A stretch of DNA of 64,000 nt from IMG/VR virus record IMGVR_UViG_3300010397_000003, positions 13,299 through 77,298 of that record. One strand, written 5' to 3'. The stretch is from a virus. Positions 1-8,631 of the stretch are shown here, piece by piece. The notes below the pieces were generated by a model. The model made no database searches. It saw only the letters and a list, made by a program, of their open reading frames with translations, and was not told where the DNA came from. Both the position numbers and the translations under genes were made by a program. How positions within the stretch are numbered: position 1 is the stretch's first letter; each line of letters begins with the position of its first letter.

Positions 1-125
1 TACGATTTCACTAAGGCGCGGATCGGTGGAATGTCAAAGGTGTTCGGAGAAGGCATCGCCCACACGCGACGCATCGGAATCGCCCGCTCAATCGAAACCA
101 ATTCTTCTTGAATTACTGCGCTCAT
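1..125 (-). CDS. N-terminal part of a putative phage adenine-specific DNA methylase (runs off the window)
   Basis: ATG at 125 after GAGGGTAA; translates MSAVIQEELVSIERAIPMRRVWAMPSPNTFDIPPIRALVKS. The RVWAMP..TF.I.PI motif resembles the N-terminus of a small phage methylase family. Not in the ORF track. Confidence 0.5.
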   Translation of the reverse strand, partial: MSAVIQEELVSIERAIPMRRVWAMPSPNTFDIPPIRALVKS

Positions 126-194
126 TTACCCTCGCGCGGAACGCGCTCACGATCTCCCAAAGCACCGAGCCTCTTAAATCACCCGTGGTTTCAA
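126..194 (-). repeat. Cassette L end (L0)
   Basis: TTGAAACCACGGGTGATTTAAGAGGCTCGGT, then hairpin GCGCG-TTC-CGCGC, then GAGGGTAA-ATG; matches the other L ends. Confidence 0.75.
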
Positions 195-772
195 TCTCTA
201 AATTCAACCTTCACGACGCCGAAGCTCTTGTACTCGCGAGCGAAGGCAGCGACGTTCTTTCCAAAGTAAGTGACGACGCTTCCCTTCGACACGCCTTTCT
301 TGATCGTTCCATCCGGTAAGCGATAGTTGGTTCGCGGAACCAGAGAACACTGAGGAAGCCTTGCGAGCGGCTGAAACCAAGCCTCGGATGTTGCCGCGTA
401 AGTGATATTGCAGGCTTCGACCGTGCGGCCTTCGTAATACTCGCGTACAAGTTTTGCGATCCACTTTGTATTGCCGTGGTAAGGGTAGGCGTGGTGGATA
501 TGCTCTTTAATGCACGATGCCCCACACGCTTCCTCCGCGCGACCGAATGGATGATTGAGCCAGATGCGCCCATGCCAAAGCCGGGCAAGTCCGTCATCTT
601 GCGCGGTGAAGATCCGCGTTGCCTTGACGATTCGATTCGCGTTCTCGCTACTCGCCGGATCAAGATCGATTCCGCCCATAACACGGCGCGCGGCCTCAAC
701 GATCTCGACGGGTGTGTAATATTCGACTTCGCCAGAGGTTTGATTAATAAGCTGATGTGCTGCTACTACCAT
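191..772 (-). CDS. Phage DNA N6-adenine methyltransferase (Dam-like)
   Basis: YYTP..IVEAAR..MGGIDLDPASS, DGL..WHG.IWLNHPF (NPPY-like motif) and T...WFQ.L motifs; likely start ATG at 772. Confidence 0.8.
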   Translation of the reverse strand: MVVAAHQLINQTSGEVEYYTPVEIVEAARRVMGGIDLDPASSENANRIVKATRIFTAQDDGLARLWHGRIWLNHPFGRAEEACGASCIKEHIHHAYPYHGNTKWIAKLVREYYEGRTVEACNITYAATSEAWFQPLARLPQCSLVPRTNYRLPDGTIKKGVSKGSVVTYFGKNVAAFAREYKSFGVVKVEFRD

Positions 773-818
773 TTCTGCTCTTTCCCATACTGCACAGTCT
801 CCATTAAGTCTTGAAGGG

Positions 819-1169
819 TTACTCACTGCTCGGCCACCAACGCAAATCTTCATTCCCGATCTGCGAGCTATACACACGATGAATCTTCCGCAAGTCTGCT
901 AATCGTTTCGCCAGCACGTACCGATCAAGAGTGCCGAGTCCCGCAAGTTCCTTACTCGTTTTCCCTGGATACTGTGTGACTAATTCCAACGTCATTTTCG
1001 TTTGTCCTCGCAGCGCTCCGCTTCGTCTGAGTTCTTGCTCGGCCCGGTGTGAACTTTTCGGGTCCGTGTTCCGGCTGAGTTGCGGTATGTACTCATCGTC
1101 TTTCAGTGGAGGCGCGGTTGCCGTTCCTCCAAAGAAGCGATCAAAGTCTAAAGATGATTGAGCGTTCAT
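819..1169 (-). CDS. Hypothetical winged-helix protein
   Basis: SR.TDP.SSH.A and PG.TSKELA...KRLADL pattern common in phage early regions. Confidence 0.55.
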   Translation of the reverse strand: MNAQSSLDFDRFFGGTATAPPLKDDEYIPQLSRNTDPKSSHRAEQELRRSGALRGQTKMTLELVTQYPGKTSKELAGLGTLDRYVLAKRLADLRKIHRVYSSQIGNEDLRWWPSSE

Positions 1170-1374
1170 GCTGCGACTGTCTTAACCCGCGTTATCACCC
1201 CTGAAGGCGCAGACCTTCTTGTGATCCGCTCTGTTCCGGTTGTCTTAAACCGTCCTTTAGAATCCAAATCATCCGAGGCGGAACGAGGCGCTAGTAATTT
1301 GTCTACACATCCATCGCATAGGCCGTCTATGCAATCCTGAGGATCGAATACTGGATGTGAACACTGAACACAGA

Positions 1375-1557
1375 TCATGCTGCGCGTCTCGTGTAAATCA
1401 TTTTCTTAGTGCAATCGCGGCAATACGCTGACGCCTTATTAGGCCGTGCGTTGCAGGCGTAAAACTGGCTAAGTGACAACCTGTTCCCGCATCCCTTTGG
1501 CGCAGGACATACCCTGCTTCGCTCTAGCCAGTGTGAATTTGAAGCGTTGAATTTCAT
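1375..1557 (-). CDS. Small Cys-rich (zinc-finger-like) protein
   Basis: C.....C..L.LSQFY....SAYCRDC; translationally coupled to its neighbours. Confidence 0.4.
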   Translation of the reverse strand: MKFNASNSHWLERSRVCPAPKGCGNRLSLSQFYACNARPNKASAYCRDCTKKMIYTRRAA

Positions 1558-2030
1558 CAGAACATCGACACATCGTCAGGGTCTTCAACCGGAACGTGAT
1601 CGCATCTTTGCGCCGGCAGTTTGTATCCTTGCGCGTCTTTTCCTTCCGGCACGTAGAGACCTGAGCCGAAACATTTCTTGCAGACATCACCGGACAGGAG
1701 ATTCGTGGTTTGCGCTAGCGCGTTTCGCTCGGAGGCGCAGAGCGAACGGAACCCCTGTATCAACTGCGGCGCGGTCAGGGTGTACGTGTTGTCGCTGTCC
1801 TGCATCGCTCTCACGTAGGCGTCAGCCAAACGATTCTCTGGTACGGCCCCTAATAGAATCTCTGACCACGTTGCGACGTGGATCATCAACTCTTCGTTTT
1901 CGAGCGGCGGCATTCCCGACGCCACGCGACTCTTAACGATTAGCTGCGCGACCGCCTGATCGTATGAACTCAAGGTTAGACCTGAGTTGATCAACTCGCT
2001 TTGCTGATGCTGAAGGTTTGCTGTTTCCAT
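1557..2030 (-). CDS. Hypothetical replication-associated protein with C-terminal CxxCxGxG
   Basis: Directly downstream of the initiator gene; CKKCFGSG motif. Confidence 0.5.
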   Translation of the reverse strand: METANLQHQQSELINSGLTLSSYDQAVAQLIVKSRVASGMPPLENEELMIHVATWSEILLGAVPENRLADAYVRAMQDSDNTYTLTAPQLIQGFRSLCASERNALAQTTNLLSGDVCKKCFGSGLYVPEGKDAQGYKLPAQRCDHVPVEDPDDVSMF

Positions 2031-2790
2031 TTCCGTTTGTTCCGTTTTCCAAGATCGCCATGAACTTCTCGACGCGCTCTCCGTCCCTGCAAATCAACTC
2101 CAAATCGTCATACTTCATCCCGGTATCGTTTTGGCCCTGGTGAAACGGTGACGCTCGGCATCCCCTTATCGCGGCTCGGATTTGCTCAGGCGAATAACCC
2201 TGCTGTAAGCGAGCAATAACGCGCCGCCTGCGCTTGTCCGTGAACACCGCCTGGCCGTGGCCGGTTTGTTCTCGCCAGTAATCGAAGATGGAAACCGCAA
2301 GCGCAGCGCGCGGCACGTTCTCGGTATCGTCCTCGTTAGTGTTCTCGGTATCGTTAGTGTTCTCGGGTGACACGTCGAAACCGGATAAATCTGGATTCAC
2401 CTGGATGCACCCGGATTCACTAAGGCTCGGAAATCGCTTAATACGCTTACCGTTTCGCCCTGCCGGTTGCGAATCCTCAAAGCCGACAATGTGTAGATAT
2501 GGCTCGCCTTTGGCTTCGTAGAATTCAATCAGGCCCGCCTCTTTCATCTCCCGAAGCCACCCAGAAACTTGTTTGGCACTGATTTTCGATAATCGTCGCC
2601 CTGCGGTTTTGGCGTGACAGAGGTCGGGATCGGCGTGGCCGTTGCCAAAATCGTCCACGGTGACAAGAATTCGCCAGAACCACGCCTCGGCTTGGAGTGA
2701 GAGGCGATTGATTCGTTGGCCGGTTGTGAAGCCGGAGTACAGACGGCGGTAGACGCCTCGGGTTAGGTCGGTTACGGCTTCGTCTTTCAT
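1933..2790 (-). CDS. Phage replication initiator / replisome organiser
   Basis: N-terminal LSL.A..F..IL...DDFG winged helix; low-complexity linker; C-terminal IFDYW...T.KRRR.I.ARL..GYS.EQI..AI.G....FH.G.ND....YDD.ELI.R domain. Confidence 0.75.
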   Translation of the reverse strand: MKDEAVTDLTRGVYRRLYSGFTTGQRINRLSLQAEAWFWRILVTVDDFGNGHADPDLCHAKTAGRRLSKISAKQVSGWLREMKEAGLIEFYEAKGEPYLHIVGFEDSQPAGRNGKRIKRFPSLSESGCIQVNPDLSGFDVSPENTNDTENTNEDDTENVPRAALAVSIFDYWREQTGHGQAVFTDKRRRRVIARLQQGYSPEQIRAAIRGCRASPFHQGQNDTGMKYDDLELICRDGERVEKFMAILENGTNGNGNSKPSASAKRVDQLRSNLEFIRSGGRAANR

Positions 2791-3506
2791 GCCGCTCTCC
2801 GTCCTGTCGCAAACCGCTGGCGGTCAAAATCCTTATTCTCTCGTCGCCGCACTCGGGCCATTTTCCGAGGCGGTTTGGTTCTGCGGCGAAGCTCTCGTTC
2901 TGCTATGTCCGTCGCTCGGGCGAGGTTGCGCTCCCATCGTTCCACTAGCGATTCGGCATAGAGTCTCGGCTGTGCAGTCTCCCAATAGTGAAATGTTTCA
3001 GGCGTCTCGCGGCTGATTTCCCCTGCGAGGATGGCGCGCGCCCGTTCCAGCTTGCGCTCACATTCGGCGATCCGCGGCCCTGAGTATCGACACAGAACGG
3101 TTTTGTTAAATTGCTCTTGTTGTTCGCGCTGATACTGAAGATGTTTCGAGTCGGGCCGTGTAGACACCTTGCGAATAGAAGCTATCGCCTCCCGCAGATC
3201 GCCCTCAGATGCGACCTCGTAAAACCGGATACCTCGCCGCTCGCAGACTGCTCGCTTCTGCTTGTCGGCCTCGATCTGGCGCTCAAAACCCTTGGCGTTT
3301 TTGTGGAAATGCGACGAGAATTGATAATGCTGAGGCCCCTGCACTTCGATTGCCGTACGAATGCTTGGAATGTAGATGTCGAGTTCCAAGCGTTGGCCCT
3401 CTGAATTCCTAAGCCAATCGGGGCGCACGTTTTCTTGAACCGCGTGACAGCCAAAGATTCGATCAACCTCTTTTACAGTTTGGGCCTGAAGGCGTGATGT
3501 ACCCAT
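2787..3506 (-). CDS. PD-(D/E)XK / DUF559-like endonuclease
   Basis: RPDWL.N..G.RLELDIYIP....AIEVQG.QHY and D..KR..C...GI motifs. Confidence 0.7.
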   Translation of the reverse strand: MGTSRLQAQTVKEVDRIFGCHAVQENVRPDWLRNSEGQRLELDIYIPSIRTAIEVQGPQHYQFSSHFHKNAKGFERQIEADKQKRAVCERRGIRFYEVASEGDLREAIASIRKVSTRPDSKHLQYQREQQEQFNKTVLCRYSGPRIAECERKLERARAILAGEISRETPETFHYWETAQPRLYAESLVERWERNLARATDIAERELRRRTKPPRKMARVRRRENKDFDRQRFATGRRAA

Positions 3507-3507
3507 A

Positions 3508-3622
3508 AACAAAAACCCCTTAGCGAGATGCCTGGCGCTTTGGGAAGCAATTCAAATCCGAAGACAAGAATCAGTAACCAGAGCACCCCGCTAAAGGGTC
3601 TTCAGTCACGGTTGCTTCCCAA
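3508..3622 (-). promoter_or_regulatory. Structured leader with two interleaved stems and a U-tract (attenuator or pseudoknot-like)
   Basis: Perfect 11-bp inverted repeat 3540-3550/3612-3622 crosses a 17-bp stem 3515-3531/3583-3599 (three G-U pairs on the - strand), followed by TTTTGTTT-ATG. Confidence 0.6.
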
Positions 3623-3674
3623 TTCAACCGGCCAAATTGTCAACTTCATTTCTTATTCTCCATAGATTTTCAAC

Positions 3675-3857
3675 TTACGTTTTCCGGTTACCATGCCCAA
3701 CGTGATACGGCCTTGCTCGGCATCGAAACTCTGCGCAGATGTAGACATGTAACTTCAAGGGATTCTTTCGATCTGGAATCATTTCTTGCCGGCGCAGTAG
3801 TGACCTGATATGCGCCTCTGCCTTTCCCCTGGATTCGTGTCCTACTTTTCTGCACAT
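3675..3857 (-). CDS. Hypothetical protein
   Basis: C.K..H.S...A..H....Y.C..C...YHVGH pattern; RBS AGGTGAG. Confidence 0.55.
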   Translation of the reverse strand: MCRKVGHESRGKAEAHIRSLLRRQEMIPDRKNPLKLHVYICAEFRCRARPYHVGHGNRKT

Positions 3858-3858
3858 C

Positions 3859-4284
3859 TCACCTGATTCCTTTTTGTGCGACCATAGGGCATTCCACGGC
3901 GTTCGTTACGTTATGGGTGCGTGGCTCGCTTTCCGCTCGCTCAGTCAGCGTTACGTAACCAAGTTTCTCTTCTTCTTTTTCGAGCCAGTCTGCAATATCG
4001 GCGCGCGACCAGCGGTGGCTATCGTTTAAGTGAATGATTACGTCAGTCATGTCCACGGCATCTTCGTCTTGGCATTGACTAACCGGACAAGTTGAAGGCT
4101 CTTTGAGGTAGGGGTATTCTAATTCAGGAACCGCAGCGCTAACGCCTTCCAGACCGCCTGTCATTGCTTCATAGCCCGCGCCTATCGCGCACGTGCTTCC
4201 ATCGCGGTACATCTGGCGAAAGGACTGCGGCCGGAGCTTCGCCCCTTCTCGAATAGCCTCACTGAACGATGCGAATAGTTTCAT
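3859..4284 (-). CDS. Hypothetical cassette cargo protein (CAIGA...LND...IADWL family)
   Basis: Start follows an L end; C-terminus reads through an R end; paralogous motifs in 13005-13337. Confidence 0.7.
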   Translation of the reverse strand: MKLFASFSEAIREGAKLRPQSFRQMYRDGSTCAIGAGYEAMTGGLEGVSAAVPELEYPYLKEPSTCPVSQCQDEDAVDMTDVIIHLNDSHRWSRADIADWLEKEEEKLGYVTLTERAESEPRTHNVTNAVECPMVAQKGIR

Positions 4285-4362
4285 TGCGCTTTACCTCTGG
4301 CCGGTTTACCGGCCCACGAATCGTTGACGTAACGAACGTCTTTAGTTGCCCTATGGCTTCAC
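3876..4362 (-). mobile_element. Putative single-gene cassette bounded by inverted repeats (R1 3876-3942, L1 4285-4362)
   Basis: Ends read inward: TGTGCGACCATAGGGCATTCCACGGCGTTCGTTACGT vs TGTGAAGCCATAGGGCAACTAAAGACGTTCGTTACGT. Confidence 0.7.
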
Positions 4363-4618
4363 ACTTCAAAAGTTCTGAGAACTCAAGAGCGAGTGTCGCC
4401 GCCTACACGACACGCTGGAGTTTCCCCGCAGTCGCCAGCGGCATGTAGCCACCGACTTCGACCGCTCTCTCGATACATTGGCCGCATCATGCCTTGGATC
4501 GACACGACAAACCGCTTAGATAGGCTTATCCACCACCTACCTGTCACCAATGAATCTCTTTCAAATATCCGTTGCGCGACGCGCCCTCAGTTGCCTTCTC
4601 ACGCCCCCCGCGCAAGCC

Positions 4619-4858
4619 TTAAACGACTTCTTCGCTTAACGATCCATCGTCTCGAAGCCAGGTAATGCCCCTGACCTCGATTGCTCCAGTCATTGACGGC
4701 CACGTCCTCCGGTCGTAAAACTGCGCCATCGCGTCGGGCCCGTCTTTGGCTGCGTCAATTTCACGCTCTCGCCAGTCTGGCCATTTCGCATTCGCTTTTA
4801 GTTCTTTGGTGCGATAGGTGATTAGGGCGCGTTGCGGTTTCTTGTCTTTGTCGTCCAT
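4619..4858 (-). CDS. Hypothetical protein
   Basis: ATG at 4858 preceded by AGGAG; co-directional with the arm. Confidence 0.45.
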   Translation of the reverse strand: MDDKDKKPQRALITYRTKELKANAKWPDWREREIDAAKDGPDAMAQFYDRRTWPSMTGAIEVRGITWLRDDGSLSEEVV

Positions 4859-4865
4859 GTTTCTC

Positions 4866-5729
4866 CTAGAAGGGCACGTCGTCATCCGATTGATCGTCGC
4901 CGACAGATTTATTCAGCCGGAAGTTGTCTAGCTTCTCGCTTAACGCTTGAATCAAATCTTCTGTCTGCTCGAAGGAGAGACCGGCAGCGCCCTTGGTCGT
5001 TTCAAACTTCTCGTTCACGTACTGGTCAAGTCTGGCTGGGCTGAATGGCGGCTCGTAGCCTTCATCGTTTAGCAGCTTGCACGCGCTCCGCACGCCCTTC
5101 ATCAGCGCTTCCTTGCGCTCGGCCATTAGATTGCCCTGCGGCGGCTCAGAGGCCGGAGAATCGCCCAGGATGACGTTGTGACGCTGCGCGTCAATGCAGA
5201 CCGTAGCGAAGCAGGCTTGCTTGGCCTGATCGTCCACAAGGTTCAAAGCAGTAATGAGTTCAATGGCAACATCGGCACAGCCCAGAAGGTGCGTCTTAAA
5301 ACTTTCGGCGTCGTATCTCTGTGGCGCCGAATACTCTACGCGGGTGTCAGGCTTGTGACCGTTCCCGTTCGATTTGGCCGGCGCAGTTGTTCCGTTTCCG
5401 TTCTGCCATTCCCACTTGGCCGAGCCCGTAACAACGATCTGATCGAAGGTCTTATCTCTGTATTGCTCATGCTGAACGCTAAGACCTGTCAGTCCGTGCT
5501 GCTTTGAATGGTTCGCTTTGAGTATGACCGTTTGCCCGGCCTTATCGTTTCCGACAGCATCGACATTCTTTAGTTTTAATCGCCCGCCACCGGCCAGTTG
5601 TAGTGTTTGAAACGACCACGGGCCATGTTCACCTTCGCCCGATTTTCGCTCGTAAACTTTGTCGATCTTTACTGTCACCTCTGGCGGCGTGAACCCGTCT
5701 GGCTGCTGTAAAATTTCTTGTAAATCCAT
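4866..5729 (-). CDS. Putative single-stranded DNA-binding / recombination protein
   Basis: OB-fold-like N-terminus, acidic DDDVPF tail typical of SSBs; next to the exonuclease gene. Confidence 0.55.
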   Translation of the reverse strand: MDLQEILQQPDGFTPPEVTVKIDKVYERKSGEGEHGPWSFQTLQLAGGGRLKLKNVDAVGNDKAGQTVILKANHSKQHGLTGLSVQHEQYRDKTFDQIVVTGSAKWEWQNGNGTTAPAKSNGNGHKPDTRVEYSAPQRYDAESFKTHLLGCADVAIELITALNLVDDQAKQACFATVCIDAQRHNVILGDSPASEPPQGNLMAERKEALMKGVRSACKLLNDEGYEPPFSPARLDQYVNEKFETTKGAAGLSFEQTEDLIQALSEKLDNFRLNKSVGDDQSDDDVPF

Positions 5730-5737
5730 AAGACTCC

Positions 5738-6415
5738 TTATGCGGCTCGCTTCTTGAGCCTTTTGTCGATGTCGTACGCTTCTCGAAAGAGAATAAACTG
5801 ACGCCAGCCATCATCAAGATTCTCGAAATAGTGATGACTAAAATCTGCTTCGTCGCGGCTGAATCGGCATAGATGGAATCCGCCCTCGATTGGCTGATCA
5901 GGGAAGTTTTCTTCCCAAAGAGCTTTGTACGCCGCTACCTGTACCAAGGCATCCCGATAGATAGCCGATGAAGTTTTCCAGTCTGCGAGGCTTCGTACGC
6001 CGTCAATTTCCACAACTGCGATTCCGTCAAACGTGCCGCCGAATTTATACTTCTCAGACACTAGGGCCATTTCCGTTTTGACCACCGAGAGTTTCGTGGT
6101 TCGTTCCCAATTCAAATAGTTTTCATAGGCGCGGTTCGCTCTTTCCAGAATCTCCGGCGAAACCTTTTCCGCTTCAATCATCGCCGTGATTTCCGCGTCA
6201 GACTTTCCGGTGATGTGATACTCGACTAGCGCGTGGGCGATGGTTCCAGCTTGCGCGGCGTCGTCCTTCGTCTCGCGGAAGTCGAACCCGTTGCGACCCT
6301 GATCCCAAGCCCAATAGATGATGCCGCCAGAGTCCTTAAAGCGTCCGATGATGGTCGTGACGCCAGGGACTTTTGTGCCGTCCGCGAGGTGATATCCGCC
6401 TTTAGGCCGCGACAT
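5738..6415 (-). CDS. PD-(D/E)XK phage exonuclease
   Basis: PGVTTII, AA..GT..H..VE, FGGTFD, DWKTS, Q.AAY motifs. Confidence 0.85.
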   Translation of the reverse strand: MSRPKGGYHLADGTKVPGVTTIIGRFKDSGGIIYWAWDQGRNGFDFRETKDDAAQAGTIAHALVEYHITGKSDAEITAMIEAEKVSPEILERANRAYENYLNWERTTKLSVVKTEMALVSEKYKFGGTFDGIAVVEIDGVRSLADWKTSSAIYRDALVQVAAYKALWEENFPDQPIEGGFHLCRFSRDEADFSHHYFENLDDGWRQFILFREAYDIDKRLKKRAA

Positions 6416-6529
6416 TTAACGCCTCCACTTGCTCCCGACGCTCCACTGAATCCGCCCAGACGCACATCTCGCATCTGCACGTCGCTGAATCGTGAATACC
6501 TGTCATGTTCGGCGCTTCATTCATCTCTC

Positions 6530-6919
6530 TCACACTCCACCAGGGACTATGCGACTCACAATTCCATACCTAAATGCTTCAATTCTCTCCGTCCGGTTCA
6601 GCCGCCAGCAGATCAACTTTTCGTTCATCCCCGGCCGATTCTGATTTCGCCGATCTATCGTGACGACTCCATTGATCGCTTCGTAGTGCGCCACGCGATC
6701 CGCTTCTTCTCTTTCTTCGTCCGTTAAGGGCTTAACTGGTATCCGAGGATCGGGCATTGCCGGAAGAATCTTGGCGATCTCTTTCTTGGCCCGCTCGGCA
6801 CCTAATCTCGTTTGGGCATAAGCGATTATTTTTTTGCCGTAGTACAAGTCCCATCGGTGACGCGGAAACGGGCCAGCAGGATTCGCGGGCAGGATGTGAA
6901 TCGACATGCTTCCGATCAT
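6530..6919 (-). CDS. Hypothetical protein
   Basis: RBS AAGGTAAAGC-AATG like the 3' part of L ends. Confidence 0.55.
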   Translation of the reverse strand: MIGSMSIHILPANPAGPFPRHRWDLYYGKKIIAYAQTRLGAERAKKEIAKILPAMPDPRIPVKPLTDEEREEADRVAHYEAINGVVTIDRRNQNRPGMNEKLICWRLNRTERIEAFRYGIVSRIVPGGV

Positions 6920-6933
6920 TGCTTTACCTTCCC

Positions 6934-7245
6934 TTAGAACGCCGTCGCAGCTTTGGGATTTGTGATATGCCCGATCCCGCTTTCCGGCTTGACTTCATCT
7001 GCGAATAGCGGCCTGAACCATGCTTGCGGGCACTCCGCGTCGATGTACTCAAGGCCGTGGCGTTTGACCGTCAACCAGAGAACGCCAAGCATTTGCGGCG
7101 GGTAGCCGTTCGCGTTATCGCTCCACTGCTGCGCCATTGATTCGTTCTCCGGCGCGGCCTTGACTCGCTCGACAACCGCATCAACTTGAGCCGGAAACAT
7201 GCCGCAGTTCGTTAGCCGTTCGCGCATTACCTGTTCAAAGGTCAT
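6934..7245 (-). CDS. Hypothetical cassette cargo protein
   Basis: ATG directly follows L2. Confidence 0.65.
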   Translation of the reverse strand: MTFEQVMRERLTNCGMFPAQVDAVVERVKAAPENESMAQQWSDNANGYPPQMLGVLWLTVKRHGLEYIDAECPQAWFRPLFADEVKPESGIGHITNPKAATAF

Positions 7246-7403
7246 CTGCTTTACTCTCGCGGTTTACCGCTTCGATTCGTTGACGTGTCGGACGCCTTGA
7301 GAACTACCTTGGGCCTCAATCCCTGAATCCTATTTGTCAAAGCCTCGGGCATTCATGGACGCCCGTTTCTATCTGGGTGCGTGGCTCACTTTTTCGCTCG
7401 CTC
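7246..7403 (-). repeat. Back-to-back R-L junction (R2 7337-7403, 17-bp spacer, L2 7246-7319)
   Basis: Two copies of the terminal repeat in inverted orientation separated by CAAATAGGATTCAGGGA. Confidence 0.75.
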
Positions 7404-8157
7404 AAGCCGCTTTCTTTTGCCTTGGAGCGAGGTCTAACCACTTACTTCCCGGCGTTTTGAATTTGATGCAGGCTTGGACGCAGATTTCAGCGGCGATATT
7501 CAGGATTTCATCGCGGGCTTTAGCTCGCGCATAAGCAGCAGCAGCATCAGCAGCATAAGCAGCAGCATCAGCAGCATAAGCAGCAGCATCAGCAGCATCA
7601 GCAGCAGCAGCATCAGCAGCATAAGCAGCAGCATCAGCAGCATAAGCAGCAGCAGCAGCATAAGCAGCATAAGCAGCACGGCACGCCTTACGGGCGTTTT
7701 CGGCGGCCTCTCGCGTGCCCTCGTTCTCGCAGCGGAGCGCGGCTTCGACAATGGCTCCAGCGTGAATTTTATCTTTGAATCTCAGCGCGGTAGCGCGAAG
7801 CGTGACGGGAAGAATCTGGCGAATCACTTGCTCCGCGAGGTGCATCACGAACTCTTTACGGAGTTGGCGATTCTCAGGCAGGTCAAGGAACTCGCTTCCA
7901 AGTTGAGCGATCGCCGCGCGTCTCATCCCTGCGGTTCGGGCCGCATTACTTGACCACGCTGCATCGTTGATTCGGATTTTGTATCGCCGGATGCAATTCG
8001 CTACGCACTCCGGCTGATCGCCGTGCGGTAATTCGAGCGCATAGCAGATGGCCGCTTCAACGCACATCTTTCCCGGCTTCGCGACGCCTAAGCCGGACAC
8101 AAGACCAGCATCCACGACCCCTAAAACCTTCCGCGCATGGTTTTTGGTTAGCTTCAC
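7402..8157 (-). CDS. Hypothetical cassette cargo protein with Ala-rich AAYAADAA tract
   Basis: GTG at 8157 after AAGGAG; CVEAA.....LPH.D.P.CV motif; lies between L8 and R2. Confidence 0.7.
   Translation of the reverse strand: MKLTKNHARKVLGVVDAGLVSGLGVAKPGKMCVEAAICYALELPHGDQPECVANCIRRYKIRINDAAWSSNAARTAGMRRAAIAQLGSEFLDLPENRQLRKEFVMHLAEQVIRQILPVTLRATALRFKDKIHAGAIVEAALRCENEGTREAAENARKACRAAYAAYAAAAAYAADAAAYAADAAAADAADAAAYAADAAAYAADAAAAYARAKARDEILNIAAEICVQACIKFKTPGSKWLDLAPRQKKAA
7528..7677 (-). repeat. Coding trinucleotide-like repeat (GCT/TAT/GAT codons)
   Basis: About 150 bp of agc/ata/atc units on the + strand. Confidence 0.9.
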
Positions 8158-8216
8158 CGTCTTTCTCCTTCGCCGCAAGGCGGCCCCACACTCTTTACTA
8201 AAACGGGCGTCTTGAT

Positions 8217-8441
8217 TCACCCTTTGGCTTCAGCCCTGCGGTTCGTGCGGTGTTTTAGGTATTCGCTAGCCCTGAACAGTCCCGCGATTCCTGACGCGAT
8301 CTGCTTCCGGTAATTCTTGAAAGAGAACGCCGGAGCCTGACCGGGTTTACGCTGTTTGTTGTCGCCGTACCTGTTACACCGAGTCCCGACAAACATTTCA
8401 GACTGGTTCCGCTTGATGTTTCTGATTGATGTTCCGTTCAT
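8217..8441 (-). CDS. Hypothetical basic protein
   Basis: Likely ATG at 8441 after AGAGGG; its stop lies inside L8. Confidence 0.45.
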   Translation of the reverse strand: MNGTSIRNIKRNQSEMFVGTRCNRYGDNKQRKPGQAPAFSFKNYRKQIASGIAGLFRASEYLKHRTNRRAEAKG

Positions 8442-8631
8442 GATTTTTCCCTCTATGTCCGTATCCGTACTGTCAATCTCACCTGACTTCCGCCGACATT
8501 TCACGTAACTTTGAATCTTGACGATTTTCTTGCTTTAGGCTTAACCTCAGTCCACTAAGGAAAACCCCTATTCCCCCATGCCCGCGTTTTCGGCTGCGAC
8601 TTTCAGGCAGCCTTAATTTGGAGCAAACGAG

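Larger units (their letters stand above)
7337..8233 (-). mobile_element. Putative cassette (L8 8158-8233, R2 7337-7403)
   Basis: CTGAAGCCAAAGGGTGAATCAAGACGCCCGTTT vs TCAAAGCCTCGGGCATTCATGGACGCCCGTTT; hairpin GCCGC-CTT-GCGGC. Confidence 0.7.

Noticed and set aside
5738-6415. Cas4 / CRISPR-associated call for the exonuclease
   Set aside because: No Fe-S cysteine set and no CRISPR context; it is an ordinary phage recombination exonuclease beside an SSB-like gene.
6920-6995. Possible fused R/L remnant between the 6934 and 6530 genes
   Set aside because: Only short pieces match (AGCCGGAAAGCG, GGCGTTC, AGGTAAAGCAATG); too degenerate to count.
7474-7953. Ser/Ile-rich and Leu/Met-rich ORFs over the Ala repeat; antisense ORFs over the pentapeptide repeat
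   Set aside because: Shadow frames of stop-free repeats.
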